NCBI GenBank assembly: GCA_950097015.1
Contig: CATNEN010000024.1
Coordinates: 2,480,001-2,544,000, forward strand
Source: Macrostomum hystrix
Lineage: Eukaryota; Animalia; Platyhelminthes
DNA: 64,000 nt
Reading direction: 5' to 3'
The translations under genes and the position numbers were made by a program. Each line of letters starts with the position of its first letter. Positions within the stretch are counted from its first letter, which is position 1. Shown here piece by piece: positions 10,963-22,716 of the stretch. The notes under the pieces were generated by a model that worked only from the letters and a program-made list of their open reading frames with translations, was not told the DNA's origin and searched no databases.

Positions 10963-13620
10963 ATGCCACACCTGACATTATTGCTCAGCCTTCTGTCATC
11001 AATCCTAGGCTGTTGTCTTTCCGCAGTCAATATAACTGTCTATCCTACCGCTGAGCAGCTGGTCAAGCCCGGCTGTGATTGGTCCGACTGGCAGTGCTCT
11101 GAGAAGCCCGGCAATCCGCCTAGCTGCACACTGTTCAAGGAATGGAACTGCTCAGGCCAGCCCTACCAACGGCTCGAGTACTATCACTATAGTCAGTTTT
11201 ACAAGGGCATCAGCTGCAATACCAGGGAGTCACTATCATCTTGTCTGACAGTGCCAGACTACTCAACTGGCTATTCTGAGCAGCCCCGTTGGTGCTCTTG
11301 GCAGGAGTGGCAACAGTGGAGATACGTCTGCTTAGACACAGCGATACGTGACCACTCCTGGCTGCAAACTGCATTGTACAAGTATGGAAGTGAGTTCCGT
11401 GTTCAGTGGACATGTTTATCCAAGCGAACCAGTAGCTCTCGCTGCGGTAAGGTATCGCTTGTCCAAACGAATCCCTTGTAGCTGAGTTCGAGCTTGTCTT
11501 AACTCAAGACTTTGACTCACAAGAGTTTTATCACAGACTAGTTCTGTTTATCACTGGCTAGTTCTGTTTATCACAGGCCAGTTCTGTTTATCACAGACTA
11601 GTTCCATTTATCACAGGCTAGTTCCATTTATCACAGGCTAGTTCCATTTATCACAGGCTAGTTCCATTTATCACAGGCTAGTTCCATTTAGCACAGGCTA
11701 GTTCCATTTAGCACAGGCTAGTTCCATTTATCACAGGCTAGTTCTGCTTATCACTGGCTAGTTCCATTTATCACTGGCTAGTTCCATTTATCACAGGCTA
11801 GTTCCATTTATCACAGGCTAGTTCCATTTATCACAGGCTAGTTCCATTTATCACTGGCTAGTTCCATTTATCACAGGCTAGTTCCATTTATCACAGGCCA
11901 GTTCTGTTTATCACAGGCCACTTCTGTTTATCACAGGCTAGTTCTGTTTATCACAGGCTAGTTCCATTTATCACAGGCTAGTTCCTTTTATCACAGGCCA
12001 GTTCTGTTTATCACAGGCTAGTTCTGTTTATCACAGGCTAGTTCTGTTTATCACTGGCTAGTTCTGTTTATCTCTGGCTAGTTCTGTTTATCACTGGCTA
12101 GTTCTGTCTATCACAGACTAGTTCTGTTTATCACAGGCTAGTTCTGTTAATCACAGGCCAATTCTGTTTATCACAGAACTATTCTGTTTTATCACAGACT
12201 AGTTCTGTTTATCACAGGACAGTTCTGTTTATCACAGGCCAGTTCTGTTTATCACAGACTAGTTCTGTTTATCACAGGCTAGTTCTGTTTATCACAGGCT
12301 AGTTCTGTTTATCACAGGCTAGTTCTGTTTATCACAGACTAGTTCTGTTTATCACAGGCTAGTTCTGTTTATCACCGGCAAGTTCTGTTTATCACAGGCC
12401 AGTTCTGTTTATCACAGAACTATTCTGTTTTATCACAGGCTAGTTCTGTTTATCACAGGCTAGTTCTGTTCTTCACAGGCTAGTTCTGTTTATCACAGGC
12501 TAGTTCTGTTTATCACACGCCAGTTCTGTTTATCACAGAACTTTTCTGTTTTATCACAGGCTAGTTCTGTTTATCACAGGCCAGTTCTGTTTATCACAGG
12601 CTAGTTCTGTTTATCACAGGCTAGTTCTGTTTATCACAGGCTAGTTCTGTTTTAACACAGAACTATTCTGTTTTATCACAGACTAGTTCTGTTTATCACA
12701 GGCTAGTTCTGTTTATCACAGGCTAGTTCTGTTTATCACTGGCCAGTTCTGTTTATCACAGAACTATTCTGTTTTATCACAGACTAGTTCCATTTATCAC
12801 AGGCCAGTTCTGTTTATCACAGGCTAGTTCTGTTTATCACAGGCTAGTTCTGTTTATCACAGGCTAGTTCCATTTATCACAGGCTAGTTCCATTTATCAC
12901 AGGCCAGTTCTGTTTATCACAGAACTATTCTGTTTTATCAAAAACTAGTTCTGTTTATCACAGGCCAGTTCTGTTTATCACAGGCCATACTCGTATATTT
13001 TCTGCGTCCCCAGACAATCAGCGGGCCGACGGTCTGTGGCTGCAGCTGCGCAGCCGAGCCTGCCGCTGTCCGGGCAGCCAGTTTGGAGGCGGTTGCTCAG
13101 GGTTCGACCAGCAGGCAGCTTACACGGCACAGATTGAGGAGTTGGAGGCTCACAGACTATCAGCCAGTCGGCAGTCGGACTGGTGTCCCTGGTCAGACTG
13201 GTCCAGCGTCTGCAGCTGCGTCACGCCATACTCGGGCGTGTCAAACCGCAGCCGCCTCTGCCGCGCCTGGACGCCTGGAGCACAATGCGCCGGTTTAGAC
13301 AGGGACTCGAGGCCCTGCCGTTGCAGGTTCACGCAGACTTGGCCACCGCCTAAATCTGATACCGAATCGCGATTGTCTTTTGTGAAATATTTCGGCGCAA
13401 TTGTTTTGTTTTTTTTAGGCACCGTGCTGCTATTGTTAATTTTCGTGTTCTTCGCTGTAAGGTGAGTTATTTTATTATATTTTTCTTTATTTTCCGTTGC
13501 AAAAGGGTATTATTAATTGGAAAGCTGTGTGTGAGCTTGTTCATTTTATTTCTAACCATTTCTGTTTATTTCAAGTTTTGCAGTAAATAAAACCTATTTT
13601 GCAGCCTGAGACATCAATGA
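10963..13620 (+). CDS. TSP1/TSR-like type-I membrane protein, copy 3: intact ectodomain, different TM, very short tail without PY
   Basis: Exons 10963-11446 (484 nt, no duplication), 13014-13461 (diverges from copies 1/2 after ccgcctaaatctg; TM FGAIVLFFLGTVLLLLIFVFFAV; donor AG|gtgagt), putative last exon 13605-13620 (ttttgcag|C CTG AGA CAT CAA TGA). About 315 aa; last exon choice uncertain. Confidence 0.65.
11530..12985. repeat. 20-bp intronic minisatellite, ~1.45 kb
   Basis: Intron 1 of copy 3; same unit family, enriched in gttccatttatc variants. Confidence 0.95.
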
Positions 13621-13644
13621 CAACTGAGACAAAAAACATAAGCG

Positions 13645-13770
13645 TTACCACAGCAGCGGCAGCAGCAGCCTGAGCTGTTACAGCGGTATCAACACTTGTT
13701 ATCCAGTAGCCGGCCGTTCGAGTAGCCGCTGCCTTTGTACCGTAGTAGGCTCTAAAACTGATAGCCTGAC
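13645..13770 (+). pseudogene. Degenerate homolog of the PY-tail exon
   Basis: cagcagcggcagcagcagcctgagctgtta...ccgctgcctttgtaccgtagtaggctctaaaactgat aligns with exon 3 of copies 1/2 (cagcagtctgagctgttg...ccgcttccttcgtacgaggaggctgtaaaactgat) but has indels, stops and an LPSY-to-LPLY change. Confidence 0.7.
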
Positions 13771-14440
13771 TAGCTGGGCAAAACTTATTTGTGTGCCACA
13801 CAACAGGCTTTTTTTACCTTTAAGCCAACTTGTTACTAATCGTTTGTTTCTTTTTTTCTTGCATGCTTCTACGCATGGCATGAGTTTTTTTGCGCATGCT
13901 AAGTGGCTGCATAATGCCAAGTATTATTTATCAGTTCTCACGGACTAAGCTATTTTACTTCGCTTATTTTTCTAGTTATTATATTTACAAGAAAAGTTTT
14001 TAAGACAATAAACTAGTTTTTTTACTGCTGCTTGAGAAAGAATTTCAGAATTTCTACTTATTTCTAGTTTGTCCTCTTCGTCTATTTCGTTATACTCGTA
14101 AAAGACAAGGTCGGATTTATTCTGAGAAACACATTTGCCCCACCTTTCAAACAGTAGAAAGAACACACTATTTTTCCTCCTGGGTAAATACCACAAGGTT
14201 ATTTCAAATACCGTTCCGCTCTTTACGATTAACTAACTTTCAAAGTGTTGTCCTCAACCAAGTGATCCTTTCAACCAAGGACCAAGGCCCTCTTGGTCCG
14301 CTTTAAAAGATTTAAAGCTATGAGTAAAATGTGTCAAAATGGACAGAAGGTTTTTAAATGCGTATTTTACAGAGGGCACCTCAGTGCTATCAGCGCTGAT
14401 TCAACACAGACATCTTCAGCATCACAGCCAATTACCTGGA

Positions 14441-15997
14441 ATGTCATCACTGTCTCTACAGTGGCTTCAGCTAGTGCTGCTGCTTTTGCTGCTGCAGATA
14501 GTCTTAGGCGCTGACGCCTCTCGTTTGCCATTGTTGTCTAATCCGGCAGAACAGAACTTGTCCAGCTGCCAACTGGGACCGTGGCGCTGTTCGGACAATC
14601 TCTTCACGGGCGGTGCGTCAACAGAGAGAAGTCACTGCAATCTGACCCGCAAAGTTGAATGCGACCATGGTGAAGCCGGGCTGTCTCGTTGGCAGGAATC
14701 GGTCTCAAGTCCATCGGAGCAGGCAGCTCTGGGTATCTCCTGTCCCATGGTCAAACTAGGCAGCTTTAGATGGCCAATGTACGTGTGTCATGCCCAGCCA
14801 GTGTACAATCTGACCGTGTACAGCATAGCCGACTGGTGTCCTTGGAGTTTCTGGACTAGTTGGTCGTTTAAGTGCAAAGATCTGGTTGGCGAGCGGATGA
14901 CGGACGTTCCCGAAGATGCTTCTGGTTAGTGAAAAGCTTTGTGTTTGGGATTCTCTGAATGATCTAAAACTAGACGATTTGGCATAGCAGACGTGAAAAT
15001 CTACTTTTATGATAGTTATAATAGTAGCGTGGTGGTTGCCTAGTGATTAGAGCGTCGAACCCACGACCTCAAGGTCCCATCGCAAGACCCTTACTTAACT
15101 CTGCATTGCTTCAGTTCACCCAGCTGTTGAATGGGTACCATGCAGCATTAGCTGTGTACAACTGTTGAGTCCGTGGACAGGGGGTCCATATTCCATCTCA
15201 ACCTGTCACTCCCAGGAGTCTGGCTGTCAACTAGAGAACGGAGTTGTAAGTGTCCCAGCGGTCCCGGGTCTTGTCCAGCCGGCGACACAGTCGAGAGGCG
15301 CCTTCGCCCGGCCTGGCGATCCGACGGCGGCGCCCTGGTCTGCAGCTGGTGCGCCTGGCTGTCGTGGAATAGCGACTGTCCCTGTTCCAGCTTTTCCATA
15401 AAGCCTCGGATGCGTCAGAGGCCCTGCGCCTGCAGCAACGGCAGCATTGAGCAGCCTGGCCGTCGCGAAGGTCGGAGTCACTTATTTTTGCCCAACACTC
15501 AGTTGAGCTGCTTCGGCTTTCCTATGGAAATCGAAACCTGTCCAACTTGCGTCGATACTTCCAAAGCGGCCAAGCCGAACTATCCCAGCGACTCGTCCGC
15601 CGGCGGTTGGCACAATCGGCCCTACGACGCCGGCGTCTCCAGGCGATCCAGCAGCGCCGGGGGACTTGTCGGCGGTCTGATAGGTGTAATCATTTCCATT
15701 TCAGCGCTGATCTGGTATCTCAAGCGTATCTGCAAAGGGTTAGTAATGCTCTGAAACTAAATACAGACTCCATTTATGATGATCTGCTCTAAACTAATCT
15801 TATAAGTGTCCTTTTTCAGAGCCTCTGGTAACACCGATAACAGCGTAGAGCAGCCGGTGGCTATTCCTTTAATTACCACTTCGACAGTACCTTCAGCGCC
15901 GCCGCCGGAACCTCGGCCCCAGCCCGACTTGGCTTTGCTACCACCGAGCTACGAGGAGGCCATCAAGCAAAAAATGTCGCAACCTAAAGCGTGTTGA
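14441..15997 (+). CDS. Diverged paralog: TSP1/TSR-like type-I membrane protein with PPSY tail (~394 aa)
   Basis: Exons 14441-14924 (484 nt, donor G|gttagt, phase 1), 15216-15738 (ctcccag|GA GTC TGG; donor GG|gttagt, phase 2), 15820-15997. Signal peptide, WCPWSFWTSW..GVWLSTRERSCKCP, WCAWLSW..RQRPC, TM GLVGGLIGVIISISALIWYL, LLPPSYEEAI. Same phases and exon-1 length as copy 3. Confidence 0.8.
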
Positions 15998-16029
15998 CGT
16001 GTTCTGTTTAGTCGAGAACGATGTGATTG

Positions 16030-16530
16030 TCAGAGAGGTGTTCGATGAGCGCCACGGAGTAAGGTGTGTGTCAGAGAGATATGTGATAAGCGCTATGGAG
16101 TGAGGTGGGTGTCAGAGAGATATTTGATAAGCGCCACGGAGTGAGGTGGGTGTCAGAGAGATATTTGATTAGCGCCACGAAGTGAGGTGGGTGTCAGAGA
16201 GATATTCGATGAGCGCCACGGAGTGAGGTGGGTATCAGAGAGATATTTGATAAGCGCCACGGAGTGAGGTGGGTGTCAGAGAGATATTTGATGAGCGCCA
16301 CGGAGTGAGGTGGGTGTCAGAGAGATATTTGATAAGCGCCACGGAGTGAGGTGGGTGTCAGAGAGATATTTGATAAGTGCCACGGAGTAAGGTGGGTATC
16401 AGAGAGATATTTGATGAGCGCCACGGAGTGAGGTGGGTGTCAGAGAGATATGTGATAAGCGCGATGAAGTGAGGTGGGTGTCACAGATGTTTGATAAGCG
16501 TGATGGAGTGAGGTTGGTGTCAGAGAGGTC
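16030..16530. repeat. 41-bp minisatellite (aagcgccacggagtgaggtgggtgtcagagagatatttgat)
   Basis: About 12 tandem copies just after the stop codon of the diverged paralog. Confidence 0.9.
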
Positions 16531-19500
16531 GACTGTGTTTAAATCGAATTTTCGCACTTGGTCGTGCTAGAAGATCTACAATTTCGATTCTAGTTAAACG
16601 AGTTTTGCTTGCAAAACCATTTCTGTATTGTATAAGTAGTTGCAATGCAGTATCTATGTATTTTATCTGAGTTTGCAAAGCTGGTCACACTTATTCTAAA
16701 TTCATTCTACAAAGCTAAGCATGTTTTAGCAACTTTTGTGATACCCGTGTTAATACAATCTAGAATTTTTATTTTTCGTTGTAGTTAGCCTACGTGTGTT
16801 GAAACGAGGTAGAAACGAGGTGATGTAGAACAGCTTATAACTCGGTATTTCTCTACTATAAATGCTCAATGCATCAGATCTATTATGGACAGATCTAGTG
16901 CACTATTTTTTTCCAATGTCCATGCTGCTTATTATTCTAGTCTGTTGATTATTGACACGTGTAGGTGCACTATGATCATCAGTTTATCATTATATTAACT
17001 AAATGTTAACCTACTTAACTGACTGTTGTTATGTGTTATAAATGCATGAAGCTTTGTCTACCAAAATTTTTCTAGTCAGATTTTTGCTTGTCACTTTACC
17101 GCCAGCTTGCTAGTCTACTGTTTAAATATTTAAATATTTAAATATATTCCATAACGCGATATTTGTCCGATTTTTAGATAACTCAAAAACAAAAGATCTG
17201 CTTAGCGGTGCCTCTTTGAAAGTTGATTTTTTTCCATGAATCACATTTTACAACTAATGAAAATCCCTGTGGAAATTTCGAGTCTTGACTGTATTTGCAA
17301 CCCGCCAGAACAGGGGTGGTGTCAAACCGTGCGCCTTAGAGCAAGTTTGCAAAATGCCTCATCCAGTCAGCTTTGATCAGTGCTGGTGCATCAGCAAAGC
17401 TCAGGTCGATGTCTGCGGAGTCCACAGCAGCTGCACGTCCTGCTGCATGCTGTGAGGGGAATTCTGCCCAGCTAGCCGCAGGCGCCGCTGACTCAGCAGG
17501 TCGGAAGGCCGCGTCTGTCTCGCTCGCTTTTTCAAGGAGTCAGTCGTCTCGCATCGGGGGCCGCATGCGTCACGTTCAGTTGCGCCTCGAGCGCCTTGGT
17601 CAGCGTCCAGGTTTCCTCATTGTATGAAGCAGCACGGCCTTAAAAACTGCCTGGAAGAGCTGCGACCAGGCGCTGTCCGTCAGCACGTCTAAAAGCAGCA
17701 CGTCCGCACAAGGACCACTTTAGGAGGCTGGTTCTCGCTGAAAAATACACTAATATTGAAAAAGGAAATTTGCAACCATTTTCTGCGCAATTCTTTTTAT
17801 TGGAGCCATATGCGATAACCTTTTGATATTCGTTTCCTTTCCTTGTAGCTTCATAGATTTTTATCAAGTATTTATTATGAAAAAATCTACTTCATTTTCT
17901 TTTTTACTTTCTCAACACGCCTTTCTGTGCCAAGAATCCCTTTAGCCTCTGAAACAACAAAAATATTCGGAAACAACCTCCTTGTTTTCGCCATTCTCTT
18001 TCTGCAGCTGTCGAGCCAGTTTATTTGTATATTTATTCTGAAAGTACAGTTTACACTCTGGCCTTATGACTGTTTATTTATTGTATGCACATGCTCAGAC
18101 CATTTAAAGGTATTCATATAGGCCTAGTAGAGAAAATTAAGTTTGAAGATCAACTTCTCAGGAATATATAAAGTGCAGATGCAAAAAGCATAGGAAAAAT
18201 GCTTTGTTAGATTCATTGGAGCAATTGTAAGCATTTGTGAAATTCATTAAGTTGTTTATTTCAAATGTAGTGCTTTGGGTCTGTTTTATTACAAAACGAT
18301 AAAATTACACCATCCAAAAGTGAGAAAGACAATTTTTTTTCGCAAGAACAGAATACTTGAAGAGCCAATTTTGTTTTTTTTTCAAATAGGCTTTATTCAT
18401 AAATATATTATTTTCATTAAAGCTTCATTGAGATGCATACATTTTGTCATTTCTTTAATGATATTTTTATAAAATTTTGATTTACTTTATAAAAAATTAT
18501 TGTTGTAAACCACAACAAACAAATTAAACCGTTATTTTCGTAGAAAATTTCCACTTAACAGGAAACTTTAATGTGCAGCAGCTATCAGTACCTTCAATTA
18601 ACTATCCCACAGTCATTTTTGTCAGTAAATGTTACAGAATTCACCAATAGTTCTTAAATAAACTTTCGTTTTTTATTTCTTATTTTCTTATTTTTTTACT
18701 TCACTTAGTTCTTGGCAAAGAAGTAAGAACATATTACACATGAGTTTATCGTGACACCACTCAGACTGCTGTAGGTACTAGGTTGTAGGTATCAGTTAGC
18801 TATGGGCATGGATGTTGTGACTTTTAGGCCAATACCGTCAACTGACTGTGTATATATATTAAAGGTCGCATTTTCAATGACTAGGCCTAATGTGGTCGCA
18901 ATCATAATTGAAGCGATTTCTTTTTATGCCTTTAAAACAGCATGGGCTGGGACCTAGCACTAGCTAGCCTTACGCACTGCACACGAGTGAGAGTAGGGCG
19001 ATTATCCTTAGGGCGAAACAGCTAAGCTTAGACGTTGCTTATCTTTAAAATAAAAAAGTGAGCTTTTTCTTCCTGCTTGAAATCAAATTGCTCAGAATTT
19101 TTCAAGACATTCATAAATTTGCTTTTGTTTTTAGCTACTCTCTATAGCCGATTGGCATACTTTAAAGTTTGGTCAGTTCGTCATCTACTTATAACAAGCA
19201 ATCAAGCTCGTTATCAATAAAGTGAGGGTGGGGTGGTGGGGCAGAGTTGTGAACACACTTCACTTTAAATAGCCAAAAGAGGTGTCAAAACTGATTTCAT
19301 TATAAGAGTTGAAAGATAGGTGACAACATGATGTGAGGAGGTGTGGGGTGGTTCTGTTCAAAACTTTGAAAACTTTTATTTTATAGATGACAAAGTGTAC
19401 ACAAGTCTAAGTCTCGTCATCCACCCTCTGAGATATTGGACAGATTGTCATCTGGATAATGAAGTTGTAAGATGACAAAGTGTCCAGGTACCTTTAGCTA

Positions 19501-20400
19501 CAAACTTTTGGCATATAGCAAATAGTATATTTTAAAGTTTTTTGCTATTAGAAGCAATTCTTAAACTTATAACTATTACTTTTACAATGAAAATATTCAT
19601 TTGCTTTTTCATTGTATCAATAGTAAGCTGCTAGGTTTTTGTCCTATTTGGCAAAAGTATAAAATTTGGTATGCTAAATTCTAGACTTAAAGATGCTTCT
19701 TAGTGTGTAGTTTCTGCTAGTTTTAAGAATAATTAAATTGAAAAATATAACAAAAAGTTACTTGATTTCAGTGGGAACAAAGCTCAATAAAACAAAAATT
19801 TTAACTACTAATATTAAACTTATCTTTAAAAAGCCTTTTGTATGACCAGGTATCATGTGTTTGTGAATTAGATGCCAACTGCATGCTAGGCCTAACCTCT
19901 CTATATTTTTACAACTATTTTAAGTCAACTAAATACATCATATCAAGTTGAGTGATAATGTATTATTCCAAATGCTTATCACCTTTCTTCTAGAAGCTTC
20001 CATACCATAAAGTATGAAAATAGAGATCAGTTTTTTGCATGGTAAGGTAATTGTTTTCTGTTGTCTAACTAGTTCATTTATAGTAGAATAGAAGCTGCAA
20101 TTCACAATAAATCCTTCCCTATTTTGAGTATTGTTTTTTATGAACGCTTCATTGTATTTTGGAAATTTGTTAGCTTATATAGGTAAAATTAGAACGTTCA
20201 TCCTCGGACATGTTTTTACTACCTGGAAACTATTTTAAATAATGAATGTAGTTTGTTTTTATTACACAGTGCCACTTAGTTATTTTTAGTAGCTAGCTTG
20301 GTAAATTGAAATTAAATAGCTTAGACAAATTGGGCCATTATAAGATACAACTAACACCTTCAAACATTGATATCCATTTCCTAGCCTTCAATCCATAGTC

Positions 20401-21876
20401 ATGCGCCAACTGCTAAGTGCAAACTGCAGCAGACGCCTGACCCGCTGCCTGTGTACCGCCCAAATAATTGGCGGCCTCGGCCTGCTGCTCATTGACGCTG
20501 CGATTGGTTTCTACTCTATTCAAAGCATTTTCGGCCTTGGATTCGTCTGCGGCCCCCTGTTAGCCCTAGCAGGCCTAGCCGGTTGCTATCGCGTTGCTAG
20601 GCGGCGCGAATTGAAACCGACGGCCGATTCAGCGGCCTGCCTCCGGCTGGTCAGCAATGCCGCCGCCCTGCTGACCTCGCTGCCCTGCGCCCTGCTGCTT
20701 GCGCCGGCTGCTTATCCGCATTCTGCCACTCTGGCCTCCGCTGCTGGCTATTGCGGCTTCCGCTTGCCTCAGCTCCCGGACTTACAGAGGCTCAATGCCA
20801 GGTGCGAACCAGTTTTTTTATTTAACGTAATTCAATAAGAGCTCTGAACTCCATGTTGTTATACCCTATTCTGTAAAAACCCTAACATTTTGTCTCATTA
20901 TTTGAAAAAATCACCACCCTATATCCTGCCTAAGATCCCTGATCCCATATCCCGACCAGAATAATCCCTGATCTCATTTCCCAAACAAAATAGTCCCTGA
21001 TCCCTTATCCTGCCCAAAATATCCCTGATCTCATATCCTAAACAAAAATATCCCTGATCCCCATTTCGCAATCAAAATAGTCCCTGATCCTTTATCCTGC
21101 CCAAAATATCCCTGATCTTATATCCTAAACAAAATAGTCCCTGATCCTTTATCCTGCCCAATATATCCCTGATCCCATATCCTAAACAAAATAGTCCCTG
21201 ATCCCTTATCCTGCCCAAAATATCCCTGATCCCATATCCTAAACAAAATAGTCCCTGATCCCTTATCCTGCCCAAAATATCACTGATCCCATATCCTAAA
21301 CAAAATAGTCCCTGATCCCTTATCCTGCCCAAAATATCCCTGATCCCATATCCTAAACAAAATTATCCCTGATCCCTTATCCTGCCCAAAATATCCCTGA
21401 TCCCCATTTCGCAATCAAAATAGTCCCTGATCCCTTATCCTGCCCAAAATATCCCTGATCCCATATCCTAAACAAAATTATCCCTGATACCTTATCCTGT
21501 CTAACAAAATTCCATGAGGCTAATGCAATTTGCAAGTCAATTCCTAGCATTAGAAACTGTTTTCCAAATCATCAGCAGCAGCAGCGACAGCGGAGTCGTC
21601 TCCCTGGCCAGCCACCTCGATGACGCTGACGCCGACGCTCGACGTTCTCTCGCCGCCATCTCCGTTGGCTACTCGGCCGCTTTGGCCTCGTTGGCTCTGG
21701 GCGGTCTGGCCACCATTGCGCAGCTGCTGCGCTGCTCGCCAGCTCTCGCTACCAACGACGAAAATGAAAATGCGGACAAGCCAGCAGGATACGAGGATGC
21801 GGTTGCTATGACATCAGTGGGCGTTGTCAACGGTGACAAAGCGCGAGCTACTGCAGCCAAACCGTGCGCCCTTTGA
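20401..21876 (+). CDS. Four-TM membrane protein, CD20/MS4A-like (~252 aa, 2 exons)
   Basis: Exons 20401-20801 (AG|gtgcga) and 21519-21876 are phase compatible, but both splice sites are weak. Hydrophobic segments AQIIGGLGLLLI, FGLGFVCGPLLALAGLAG, NAAALLTSLPCALLLA, YSAALASLALGGLA; C-terminal PAGYEDAV. Family assignment by motif resemblance only. Confidence 0.5.
20920..21505. repeat. 57-bp intronic minisatellite built from two related ~28-bp halves
   Basis: atccctgatcccttatcctgcccaaaat / atccctgatcccatatcctaaacaaaat repeats. Confidence 0.9.
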
Positions 21877-22716
21877 AAGAGCGTTGGCTTTTGTCATCAA
21901 GAAATTCTGCCGTTTAGAGTGTACGAGAGTAAACACCTATGTTAAGATTATTTTCATACGTTAAGGAAATCATTAGTAAGATTTAGATTCTAGTAAAATA
22001 GTAGAACTAAACTATACTTCATTTAGTGAAAGTAAAAATAGTTTTATTTCTTCGCCGTCAAAAACACGCCATCAATCCGTAGATTTCTTTTACTACTCAA
22101 AATATTTGGCGCGAATTCAAAATCAATGCGTCTGTCGTATCTTATTTGTACAGTTTTCTTCATTTCTGTAGACTTTCGGCGCCGGAAAAACGATGTTTTT
22201 GTTTTAAGAGAGAAAATTGTATATTTAAGCAGCTGCAATATGTTTTATTTAATGCCATGCCTTTTGTGGTGAATGTGTTTATAGTTTTGTTTTATCGCGC
22301 GTTTAGTCTAGTCGCTTTTTTCCTATCAGGTAGCTTGAAATTCACTTTTAGATGACAACAAACGTTTCACTTCAACTTCTGATATGTAGCTAATAAAAGT
22401 GCAATACTGTTTACAAAGTTAATTTTAGCACTCGTTTTTTGTGTCTTTAAAGAATTTAAACTGCTTTACAATACTTTTCAGCTTGTCTTCTTTGTAAAAT
22501 TAAATATGTGTGCATCGATGCATTATTAATTTCATCAAACAATGCTGGCGTATTGTTACTGCTTGAATTCATAGTGGCGAAAGAAGAGAGGATCAAAAAG
22601 GGAGAATGGTGAGAGGATAATTAAAAAGGGGTGAGAGCGCTCAGACATGCCTAGTTTTTTATCTTTAAAGCCAAAACAGCTCTTTTCTAAGAAACCGCTC
22701 ATTTTCAGCCTCAACA

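Noticed and set aside
968-12985. Regular short repeats resembling a CRISPR array
   Set aside because: There are no unique spacers, the context is eukaryotic and intronic, and no cas genes are present.
15115-15215. Alternative exon encoding EWVPCSISC (TSR-like)
   Set aside because: It is out of frame with the rest of exon 2; homology to copy 3 places the acceptor at 15215.
17350-17720. GC-rich island with ORF 17373..17627
   Set aside because: No recognisable protein in any frame and no consistent splice sites; possibly a decayed exon or TE fragment, unsupported.
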